The notes under the pieces are model-generated. The model had not been told where the DNA came from, ran no database searches, and was given only the letters and a program-made list of their open reading frames with translations. Shown piece after piece: positions 53,065 to 61,899 of a stretch of 64,000 nt of DNA; within the stretch, counting starts at the first letter, position 1; every line of letters starts with the position of its first letter. This DNA is from Candidatus Babelota bacterium (lineage in GTDB: Bacteria > Babelota > Babeliae > Babelales > JABDEC01). The position numbers and the translations under genes were made by a program. The stretch lies in assembly GCA_013287265.1 (NCBI GenBank), contig JABDEC010000002.1, positions 10,105 to 74,104 of the forward strand, in the 5' to 3' direction.

Positions 53065-53709
53065 TTATAAAATTGCGCAACTTTCACAGAAATTGCAACC
53101 ATATCCATACAATTCCCGTAATTCAATTGCCACTTCTAAAATTAAATTATCATTTTCATCTGTATAATTTTCTTTTAAAGAAGAAATCAGTCTATAATTT
53201 ATTTTTCCCTGCAAAAATAAAGACAAAAGAGCCGTTGGTTTTCCCACTTTAATTATCTTAAGAATTTCTTCTTCTTTTTTTGCAACAGAAATTAATCCAG
53301 CGATAAAGTTTTTGAATGCACTATTTATTTGTTCTTTTTGATAATCATTTCTCGTATATTTTTTTAAAATGAAATCCGGGATAATATAATCTTTGTTTTT
53401 AGATAAAAAATCACAAAACTCTCTATTTCCCAATAAAGCCTGATCAAGAGAAATACCATAATCAGATCCCTTTAAAAATAAATTTAAATTATGATATTTT
53501 CTAGGCATTCTATTAAAAATTTTTACGAACAATCTTGCCAATGAACCTTGAGTGATTGACAATCCAACTACTTCTTTTTTAGAAATTTCCTCAAATTCAT
53601 TTGAATCCGGTTGTCCTTCAATTTGCACTTCCATGCACACCAATCTATTTAAAGATAGTAAAAGTAATAAAGATAAAGACTTTTGTTTGATATTCATATG
53701 CTGTTGCAT
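53065..53709 (-). CDS. Hypothetical exported protein
   Basis: Hydrophobic N-terminus SLSLLLLLSLNRLVC. No recognisable domain. The start is ambiguous (53709 or 53697). Confidence 0.45.
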   Translation of the reverse strand: MQQHMNIKQKSLSLLLLLSLNRLVCMEVQIEGQPDSNEFEEISKKEVVGLSITQGSLARLFVKIFNRMPRKYHNLNLFLKGSDYGISLDQALLGNREFCDFLSKNKDYIIPDFILKKYTRNDYQKEQINSAFKNFIAGLISVAKKEEEILKIIKVGKPTALLSLFLQGKINYRLISSLKENYTDENDNLILEVAIELRELYGYGCNFCESCAIL

Positions 53710-53764
53710 CCAATATTATGAAAAGATTTATAATGTTTAAAATTTTACCACTAATTCTTGATTT

Positions 53765-55159
53765 TTAAAGTAATTCGCCAGCTAATCTACTTATTTCGCT
53801 TCTTTCAGTTGTTTCTAAAAATACTGCGCCAAATAATGATTTTCCTCTAAACCTATTGCTAGCAACAACTAAACCATTACTGCTAAAATCAAGATATGGC
53901 GAATCAATTTGATAAGGGTCGCCGGATAAAACAATTTTACTGCCTTCTCCTACCCGCGTAATTAGCGTTTTTACTTCATGCGGAGTTAAATTTTGTACTT
54001 CATCAATAAAAATATATTGAAATGGAATAGATCTTCCACGCATATAAGTTATAGCCTCTAAACTTATTTTTCCTGAATTAATCATATCCTGAAGAGGTCT
54101 GAGCTCCATTTTGCGTTCTTTTTCCCACTTACCGCCTCTTTTTCTTTTGTGTCTTTGCTTTTCAATAACTTCCTCTCTTAAATTTTCTAGATGTTGTCTG
54201 CTTAAAGAAGAATGGACAATTAATTCTAAATTATCATAAACCGGTTGCATCCAACTATGTAATTTTTCCTGAATATCACCTGGCAAATAACCAATATCAG
54301 GACCTAATGGAATTACTGGTCTTGAAATTAATATTCTGTCATATACTTCTTCTGTTATAACTTGTTGTAATCCAGCCAATAATGCTAAAAATGTCTTACC
54401 TGTTCCTGCCGGACCAATTAAAGAAACCAATTGAATATCTTTGTCTAACAATAAATCTAAAGTCATTAATTGTTGCGGATTTTTTGCTTCAATTGGCCAT
54501 CTGAACTTTGGCGATTCAACTATTTTATAATTATTCCCACCCAAATATCTAAAGATTCTGTAATTGAAAGGATTGTTTGTACTTTCAACTAAAACAAATT
54601 CATTAATTTGCAATATTTGTTCTGATAATAATTCATTTAAAACTTCCGGGAAATCTTTTTTTAATTGCAAAGCGGGCGCGTGAACTTTCAGCCAACCTTT
54701 GTAAAGATCATATTCAGCAACCCTACCCTTCATATAATCTTCAGTATTTATTCCTAAAACATCTGCTTTTACCCGTGCATTAATGTCTTTTGAAACAAAC
54801 ACAACATCATATTTATCTTTTAAACTTAAGGCAGTCAATAAAATTTGATTGTCTTCACTTTTTAAAATAAATGGGAAAGATGCGGGAATATCATGATGAG
54901 AAAGAAAAATAACTTTTATTGTTCCTTTACTTTCAAGTGTTACTCCATCTTTTAATGAACCTAATTTTCTTAATGAATCAAGTTGTCTTGTTACTTCTCT
55001 TGCATTTCGTCCTCGATCCGTAGATTCAGTTTTAAATTGATCTAATTCTTCCAAAACCATTGTAGGAATACCAATAAGCGAACCATTAAAAGCGAATAAG
55101 GATTGCGGATCGTGAATCAATACATTTGTATCTAAAATATATATTTTTTGCTTAGACAT
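53765..55159 (-). CDS. PIN-domain / PhoH-like ATPase (YlaK-type)
   Basis: N-terminal PIN (IYILDTNVLIHDP). Walker A GPAGTGKTFLALLAG. Walker B IFIDEVQNL. PhoH C-terminal motifs GDPYQID. Confidence 0.9.
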   Translation of the reverse strand: MSKQKIYILDTNVLIHDPQSLFAFNGSLIGIPTMVLEELDQFKTESTDRGRNAREVTRQLDSLRKLGSLKDGVTLESKGTIKVIFLSHHDIPASFPFILKSEDNQILLTALSLKDKYDVVFVSKDINARVKADVLGINTEDYMKGRVAEYDLYKGWLKVHAPALQLKKDFPEVLNELLSEQILQINEFVLVESTNNPFNYRIFRYLGGNNYKIVESPKFRWPIEAKNPQQLMTLDLLLDKDIQLVSLIGPAGTGKTFLALLAGLQQVITEEVYDRILISRPVIPLGPDIGYLPGDIQEKLHSWMQPVYDNLELIVHSSLSRQHLENLREEVIEKQRHKRKRGGKWEKERKMELRPLQDMINSGKISLEAITYMRGRSIPFQYIFIDEVQNLTPHEVKTLITRVGEGSKIVLSGDPYQIDSPYLDFSSNGLVVASNRFRGKSLFGAVFLETTERSEISRLAGELL

Positions 55160-55338
55160 ACATTTCCTTGATTTTTTTTACAACTACTACTCTCACCATA
55201 AACTACTAAAAAAAATAAAGATGGTACAACTTGGGCAAACATCAAGATTAATGGTTTTTTTCATAAATATTGTTATATTTATTTTCATGTAAATAATGCC
55301 ATTATTCAATTTTTTTAAAAAAGGTCCAAAGGATTGTT

Positions 55339-57039
55339 ATGGAATCAGAAAAAGATCTTAAAATTTTAAGACATTCGGCTGCACATTTACTGGCTCACGC
55401 TGTTATTGAACTTTTTCCTAAAACAAAACTTACAATTGGACCAGCAACAGAAGAAGGCTTTTTTTATGATTTTTTACCCGAAAAAAATTTTAAAGAAGAA
55501 GATTTACCAAAAATTGAAGCTAAAATGCATGAAATATCTCAAAGAAATTTAAAAATTGAACATAAAGAAATTTCAAAAGATGAAGCACGTAAAATTTTTA
55601 AAGATAATCCATTTAAAATGGAGCTAATTCATGAAATACCCGGCGAAACCGTTGGATTATCAACTCAGGGCAATTTTTATGACTTATGTCGTGGCGGACA
55701 TGTTAAATATACAAATGATATCAAATACTTTAAATTATTTTCAATTTCGGGAGCATATTGGAAGGCAAATAAAGAAGGTACGCCTTTACAAAGAATAAAT
55801 GGAACAGCATTTTATTCTGAAAAAGAATTAATTGATTATGAAAAAAGAAAAGAAGATTTACTACGATACGATCATAGAAAAGTTGGAAAAGAATTAGATT
55901 TATTTTCATTTCATGATGAAGGTCCCGGTTTTCCATTTTTTCACCCTAAAGGAAAAGTGGTATTAAATTTATTAATTGAATATATGAGAAAATTACAACA
56001 GGAATTACGATATAAAGAAATTTCCACTCCAATAATTTTAAGCGATGAATTATGGAGACAATCTGGACATTATAAGCATTATAAAGAAAATATGTATTTT
56101 ACCAAAATTGATAATAAAAAATATGCAATAAGGCCAATGAATTGCCCTGGTTCAATATTAATCTACAAAAATAAGCCAAAATCCTATAAAGAATTACCAT
56201 TGAGATTATCTGAATTCGGATTAGTTCATCGCCATGAACTTTCCGGAGTCTTACACGGTTTATTAAGAGTGAGATCATTTACCATAGATGACGCTCATAT
56301 TTATTGTACAATCAATCAGGTAGAAAACGAAATTTTTAATATCATAAAATATATAAACATTGCTTTAAATCGATTTGGCTTTGATAAAATCAGTATTAAA
56401 TTATCAACAAGACCTCAAAAAGCAATGGGAAGCATCAAAATTTGGAATCAGGCGATAGATTTATTAAAAAAATCATTAGATAAGTCAAATATTAAATATG
56501 ATATAGCGGAAGGAGAAGGCGCATTTTATGGTCCAAAAATTGAGTTCAAAGTGCAAGATTCAATGGGAAGAGTTTGGCAATTAAGTACCATACAGATAGA
56601 TTTCTTCCTACCAAAAAATTTTGAATTATCATATATAAATTCAAAAGGTGAAAAAGAAACACCTATAATTATTCACCAGGCAATATATGGTTCACTAGAA
56701 CGTTTTTTTGCAATATTATTGGAACACCACAAAGGCAATTTACCAATATTTATTGCACCCGTTCAAGTTAAAATATTAACAATAACAGATGACCAAAAAG
56801 AATATGCTATCAAAACCTTTAATGAATTAAAATCAAATCAAATACGTATTGAAATCGATGAAACATCTGATCCAATATCCGGAAAAATAAAAAATGCATT
56901 AAATGAAAAAATACCATTGATGATTATCATCGGAAAAAAAGAAGTTGAAAATAACAACTTAACAATTAGATATTTGGATGGAAAACAAGAAACATTAACA
57001 ATTGAAAATGTAATTAAAAAGTTCCAAAATATAAATTAA
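55339..57039 (+). CDS. thrS: Threonine--tRNA ligase lacking the N-terminal TGS domain
   Basis: Begins at the editing/SAD-domain motif LRHSAAHLLAHAV. Class II motifs FRHE-like HRHELSGVLHGLLRVRSFTIDDAHIY and GAFYGPKIEF. C-terminal anticodon-binding domain present. Confidence 0.93.
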   Translation: MESEKDLKILRHSAAHLLAHAVIELFPKTKLTIGPATEEGFFYDFLPEKNFKEEDLPKIEAKMHEISQRNLKIEHKEISKDEARKIFKDNPFKMELIHEIPGETVGLSTQGNFYDLCRGGHVKYTNDIKYFKLFSISGAYWKANKEGTPLQRINGTAFYSEKELIDYEKRKEDLLRYDHRKVGKELDLFSFHDEGPGFPFFHPKGKVVLNLLIEYMRKLQQELRYKEISTPIILSDELWRQSGHYKHYKENMYFTKIDNKKYAIRPMNCPGSILIYKNKPKSYKELPLRLSEFGLVHRHELSGVLHGLLRVRSFTIDDAHIYCTINQVENEIFNIIKYINIALNRFGFDKISIKLSTRPQKAMGSIKIWNQAIDLLKKSLDKSNIKYDIAEGEGAFYGPKIEFKVQDSMGRVWQLSTIQIDFFLPKNFELSYINSKGEKETPIIIHQAIYGSLERFFAILLEHHKGNLPIFIAPVQVKILTITDDQKEYAIKTFNELKSNQIRIEIDETSDPISGKIKNALNEKIPLMIIIGKKEVENNNLTIRYLDGKQETLTIENVIKKFQNIN

Positions 57040-57094
57040 AAGTATTTTTTATAATTACTTTTTTTAAAAAATTAAATAATTCAATTTCAAACTG

Positions 57095-57124
57095 TTGACT
57101 TTCTTAAACAATAACTAGTAACAT
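57095..57124 (+). promoter_or_regulatory. Putative promoter (TTGACT-18-TAACAT) followed by a 20-bp palindrome (57131..57150) upstream of the small basic ORF
   Basis: The sequence reads TTGACT ttcttaaacaataactag TAACAT. ATGAGTAA-ataa-TTACTCAT starts about 7 nt after the -10 element. Confidence 0.4.
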
Positions 57125-57191
57125 TAAATTATGAGTAAATAATTACTCATAGAAAAAAAGGTATGTTTAATCCTCAAAAAAGGAGGTCGTA

Positions 57192-57293
57192 ATGGCTAAA
57201 AAGAGAAAAGCAGTTAAATCTAAAAGAAAAACTGCTAAAAGAACAACAGGAAGACGTAAAACATCAAGAAGAACAGCTAAAAAAAGACGTTAA
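57192..57293 (+). CDS. 33-aa extremely basic protein (candidate ribosome- or nucleoid-associated)
   Basis: Not in the track. A strong SD (AAAAGGAGGT) lies 5 nt before the ATG. Translation: MAKKRKAVKSKRKTAKRTTGRRKTSRRTAKKRR. A hairpin follows. Confidence 0.6.
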   Translation: MAKKRKAVKSKRKTAKRTTGRRKTSRRTAKKRR

Positions 57294-57307
57294 TCCTATA
57301 AAATTAG

Positions 57308-57334
57308 GGCATCAGACATAAAACGTTTGGTGCC
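57308..57334. terminator. Hairpin between the convergent small basic ORF and nth
   Basis: GGCATCAG-acataaaacg-(T)TTGGTGCC forms 8 bp including G:U pairs, followed by TTAATTATTTT. Confidence 0.4.
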
Positions 57335-57351
57335 TTAATTATTTTAAATAT

Positions 57352-57978
57352 TTACAAAATCTTATATTTTTCAACTATGGGCATTATTAAGCGGTTATTT
57401 TGTCCCCATATGACCAATAATTTATTCCATTCAGACCAATATTTTTTTGGTAAAATTTTTTGAAGAGAAAGCTCAGATTCATAGGGAGTTTTTGTATTTA
57501 TTAAGCCAATTTTATTTGAAATTTTATGGACATGAGTATCAACGCAAATGGCAGATTTATTAAAAGCTTCTGCTAAAACTAAATTTGCAGTTTTTCTTCC
57601 AACTCCCTTAATAGATAATAAAGATTTTTCATCAGATGGTACTCTTCCATTAAATTCATCTATTATGATCTGGCTAATTGCATGCAAAAGTTTGGCTTTT
57701 TTTTTGTAAAAACCTATAGGATAGACAATTTGTTCCAGTTCCAATAATGGAATTTTTAAAAATTCTTCAGGTGTTTTTGCAAGTTTAAATAATGTGCGGC
57801 AAATAGGAAGAGTGACTTTATCTCTTGCCCGAAGACTTAAAAGACAACTGATCAAAATTAAAAATGGATCCCGCCCGTATTCTTTGATTATAGTATGAAT
57901 CATTGGTTCAGCCATATTTTTACTAACTTTTTGCAAAATCCTGATGATTTTTAATGCACGCAAAGTTTGCAATTCCAT
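57352..57978 (-). CDS. nth: Endonuclease III-like HhH-GPD DNA glycosylase without the C-terminal Fe-S cluster loop
   Basis: LLSIKGVGRKTANLVLAEAF (HhH with the catalytic Lys) and ICVDTHVHKI (catalytic Asp). The C-terminus WGQNNRLIMPIVEKYKIL has none of the four Cys ligands. Confidence 0.85.
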   Translation of the reverse strand: MELQTLRALKIIRILQKVSKNMAEPMIHTIIKEYGRDPFLILISCLLSLRARDKVTLPICRTLFKLAKTPEEFLKIPLLELEQIVYPIGFYKKKAKLLHAISQIIIDEFNGRVPSDEKSLLSIKGVGRKTANLVLAEAFNKSAICVDTHVHKISNKIGLINTKTPYESELSLQKILPKKYWSEWNKLLVIWGQNNRLIMPIVEKYKIL

Positions 57979-58011
57979 ATGATTAATACTAGATTTATGA
58001 AAATTTAAATT

Positions 58012-58143
58012 TTAACCATATGGAGGTATAGAAAAACCACGAACATTCGCCAATTGCATAAGGAATACAATAAAAACTATGATAAGTATGCGGTAATCAA
58101 ATATACAATTCACAAATTTTAAGAAATATTTATTATTGATCAT
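58012..58143 (-). CDS. Possible 43-aa single-TM protein upstream of nth
   Basis: Not in the track. AAGGAG lies 5 nt before the ATG. Translation: MINNKYFLKFVNCIFDYRILIIVFIVFLMQLANVRGFSIPPYG. Ends 33 nt before the nth start. Confidence 0.35.
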   Translation of the reverse strand: MINNKYFLKFVNCIFDYRILIIVFIVFLMQLANVRGFSIPPYG

Positions 58144-58214
58144 ATGAGCTCCTTGATTAATAATGCTTTTTTAAAGTTATTATACCTATGTAATGAAGTA
58201 ATTTCAATATCAAA

Positions 58215-60953
58215 ATGAAAAATTTAATTTTACAAATAAATCAATTTCTAGGCGACTATCAATTTTTACTAGCAGCAGAAATATTAGCTTTATTTTTAAA
58301 AAGCTATGTATTAGTTTCAATTACTGTATGGGGATTAAGATCATCTAAGATTCAAAGAACCTGGATATATTTCGTTTCAATGATAATTGGTTCAATTGTA
58401 ATTGATTTTGGATGGGTTATCAAACTAATTGAATTATTATTTATTGCAAAAATGGATTATCGTGTTCAGATATTTTTCATTAGATTTGCCTGGATTTTTG
58501 CAATAGTTCAATATCAATCATTAGCGCTTTTTATTGAAAATCTTATTGAAAGAAAATCAAGATTAAATATCAGACAAAAAATATTTTTATCAATAAGTAG
58601 CTCGATTGCATTAATTTTTTTATATTTAACAATCTTTAAAACACATTCAACATTTTCAATCCAAGATAGACCCGAAATTGAATTTTTAATTTTAAAGTAT
58701 GCAACATATTATTTATTTTTATTAGTACTCCCCAGCATATTTATTGCTTCTTATAAGTTGTTCAAGTCTGAACTTCCAAAAATATTAAAAAAACAACTAA
58801 AAATATTAATCTTGGGATTAATTTGTCCATGGATTATTTTAGATTTTATTCAAGTCTATCCATTCAATATTATTCCAGGATACATTGCAAGTAATTATGC
58901 AGTAGTAACAATCTCAACTCTCTTAATAGCTTTTGCTGCATTTTATACAACAAAAAAGTTAATGTTATTAAGATTATTTAATTTTATTGCGCATGTTCAA
59001 TCCAAGAAGAAATATAATTTTATTAATAACTTTAAAGATATACTAGAGCAGCTTGGGCAATCAACAAGCTTAAATGAATTAATTCATATAACAAAAACAT
59101 TTTTTAAGGATTCATTACATATTTCAACCGGTCGGACTTCATTGTACATTCGCAAACTTGATTCTGCTAAAAATAATGATGCACAAATAATTCAAAATGG
59201 GGATAATGCCAATAAAATCCATGAAGCAAAAATAGAAATTATTGAAAATTTTATAAATTCAATAGACAATTCTGAAACTAACAATCTATTAAAACAATCC
59301 AAAGTATTAATCTACGACGAAATTGATTTTAGTAATTTTTATGAAGAAAACGACACCAGAACGAATATTTTAAAATTTTTAAATCAAATTAATGCTGACG
59401 TTTTTATTCCTATTTATAAAAAAAATACTATTATCGCTTCCATAATAGTTGAAAGAGATATAAGAAGTAATGAGCTTTATACAAACCTGGAACGCGATGA
59501 AATGGTAGTTTTTTCAAGTTATCTTTCTAACATCATCAATTTATTACAAAATAGAAATCTAGAATCAATTATTCAACAGGAAAAGGAATTAAAAGAAGAG
59601 CTTTATCATAAACATCAGGAAATTGATCAATATAAAGAAAGCATAAGATCTTTTTTAAAAAAATCACAGTATAAAAAAATAGGAATTCTATTTTATAAAA
59701 ACAGAAAATTTATTTATGGAAATCAGGATGCAAAAGAAATAATTCCAATTAATATAAATAGCCAGGAAGGTCATTCTTTATCAAAAGATCTAAGACAAGT
59801 CGCAAAACAAGTTGAAGATTATAAATCGTCACAAACCGTCTATTCAAAAGATCCAAATGGAAATAGGCTGGTTTTAACAGGTATTCCGAATTTGGAATCT
59901 AATAATGTAATTATTACAGTTTTCTATCCTGATATTTCTGACGTTATAAAACAGCAATTAGATTTTCTGAAAGATCCATCAAAATGGGATTACTTACTTT
60001 ATTTAGAAACAACAAGATCTGGTCAATTAATTGATCAATTAATCCCCGGTTCTGGCGAATCTTTATTAAATTTTAAAATCAATCTTTTAAAAATTGCTCT
60101 AACTAAAAAAGCAATTTTGTTAGAGATGCCTGAAGAAGATTTGGCACCTACAGTTGAAATAATTCATCATATTAGTTTAAGAGAGAATTTACATATTCTT
60201 AAATTGCAATCATTTTCTAAAAATTTTGACGTAGCCATTAAATTATTTGGTATTAATCCCATTTTTGGAAAAATGGAAAATAAACCATTATTGCAAAAAT
60301 TGGATGGTACTGGAACTTTATTTATACAAAATATTCATTTTCTTGATCCTGAAACACAAGGATATTTGGCAGATTTTATTAAATATAATTTCTTTAAAAT
60401 TTTTAAAAGCGATCAAAAAATTGTTAGTGATGTAAGAATAATTTGTTCGACAAATTTAAATCTTAATAATTTAGTACAGGAAGGAAAATTTTCAAAATCT
60501 CTATATGATGAACTGAGAAAAACATCATTAAGTATGCCTTCTTTATTAACATTATCGGAAGAAGAATTAAAAAATCTAGCACAAGGTTTCTCTGATCAGG
60601 CTATCCAAACTAATGAGTTTAAAAATTTATTAGAGTTCACAGATAAAGAAAAAATAAACCTTATAAATAAACGACCTGTAAGTCTTCAGGAATTTAAAAC
60701 AAAGGTTCAGCAAATATTAACAGAAAAATCCAAAAAGAATCATGTATTCCAGGAAACACAATTTGATCCGGCTTATAATATTACCGATCCAAAACTAATT
60801 GAAGCAGCAAGATTAGGTAAGCATGCTTTAAAAGATCCAAAATTAGTTGCATTATTATGGGATAAATTCAAAAATCAAAATAAAATCGCGACATTCCTTG
60901 GAGTAAATAGATCATCAGTTCATAGAAGATGCAAAGAATATAATATCGAGTAA
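58215..60953 (+). CDS. Polytopic membrane protein fused to a degenerate sigma54-activator (AAA+) domain and a Fis-type HTH
   Basis: About 250 aa with ~7 hydrophobic segments. The C-terminal part is colinear with the NtrC central domain ([44 protein letters not shown]). Walker A is replaced by EMPEEDLA, Walker B DE by QN, and GAFTGA is absent. C-terminal HTH: [22 protein letters not shown]. Confidence 0.7.
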   Translation: [912 protein letters not shown]

Positions 60954-60975
60954 ATTGGATTAAAAAAGGGATGGT

Positions 60976-61896
60976 ATGTTTATAAATGAATTTCAAGAAA
61001 AAACGGGTGAATTTCTTATTTATATAGACGTCGAAAAAAATCTCTCAGAACATACACAACGCGCATATAAGAATGATATTGATCAATTTATAAAATTCTG
61101 GGATAAGATTGCCAGCGAAGAAAAAGAACAAATTTCATTAAAATCTGCAATAAGCAAATATCTAATTTTTATGTATCATAAAAAAATAGACAAAAGCTCC
61201 ATAGCAAGAAAAGTATCATGCTTTAAATCGTTCGAAAAATTTTTATATACTCATGGCATTAAAACAAATTTAAATCTCATCCGACCTAAAATTGATAAAA
61301 AATTACCAATTTTCTTAACCATAGATGAAATTTTCAACTTATTAGACAATATTAATGACAATGATTTACCCACAAAATATCCCCGTCGAGACAAAGCAAT
61401 TTTTGAATTACTTTACGCAACAGGAATCAGATGCTCAGAACTTATAAACATCAAACTAGCCGATATAGATTTTGAAAATAAAATAATCAAAGTTATGGGA
61501 AAAGGTAAAAAAGAAAGATTAGTTCTTTTTGGAGAAAAAGCTAAAGAAAAAATTATTCAATACATAAATGAAGAAAGATTAATTAGCAAAAATTTAGAAG
61601 AAAAATTATTTTTAAGTTTTAGGAATGAATCATTTAGTTCAAGATCAATTCAACGAATAATTGCAATGTTTAGAAAATTTTTAAAAGTCGAAAGAAAAAT
61701 TACTCCACATAAATTAAGACATTCATTTGCTACGCATATGCTTAATCAGGGAGTTGATTTAAGGGTTGTTCAGGAATTATTAGGCCACAAAACATTATCA
61801 AGCACTGAGAAATATACACATGTTACAACCTTGGAATTAGCACAATTATGTGATAAACTTCATCCATTTAACAATATGATTAAAATCAAAAAATAA
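60976..61896 (+). CDS. Tyrosine recombinase, XerC/XerD family
   Basis: ATGIRCSELINIKLADID (Arg I) and HKLRHSFATHMLNQGVDLRVVQELLGHKTLSSTEKYTHV (H-x-x-R ... H ... Y). Confidence 0.92.
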   Translation: MFINEFQEKTGEFLIYIDVEKNLSEHTQRAYKNDIDQFIKFWDKIASEEKEQISLKSAISKYLIFMYHKKIDKSSIARKVSCFKSFEKFLYTHGIKTNLNLIRPKIDKKLPIFLTIDEIFNLLDNINDNDLPTKYPRRDKAIFELLYATGIRCSELINIKLADIDFENKIIKVMGKGKKERLVLFGEKAKEKIIQYINEERLISKNLEEKLFLSFRNESFSSRSIQRIIAMFRKFLKVERKITPHKLRHSFATHMLNQGVDLRVVQELLGHKTLSSTEKYTHVTTLELAQLCDKLHPFNNMIKIKK

Positions 61897-61899
61897 TAA

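Noticed and set aside
60976-61896. The tyrosine recombinase as a marker of an integrated mobile element
   Set aside because: The sequence and context (between a regulator and mrdA, with no att-like repeats, phage or transposon genes) fit a chromosomal XerC/XerD dimer-resolution enzyme.
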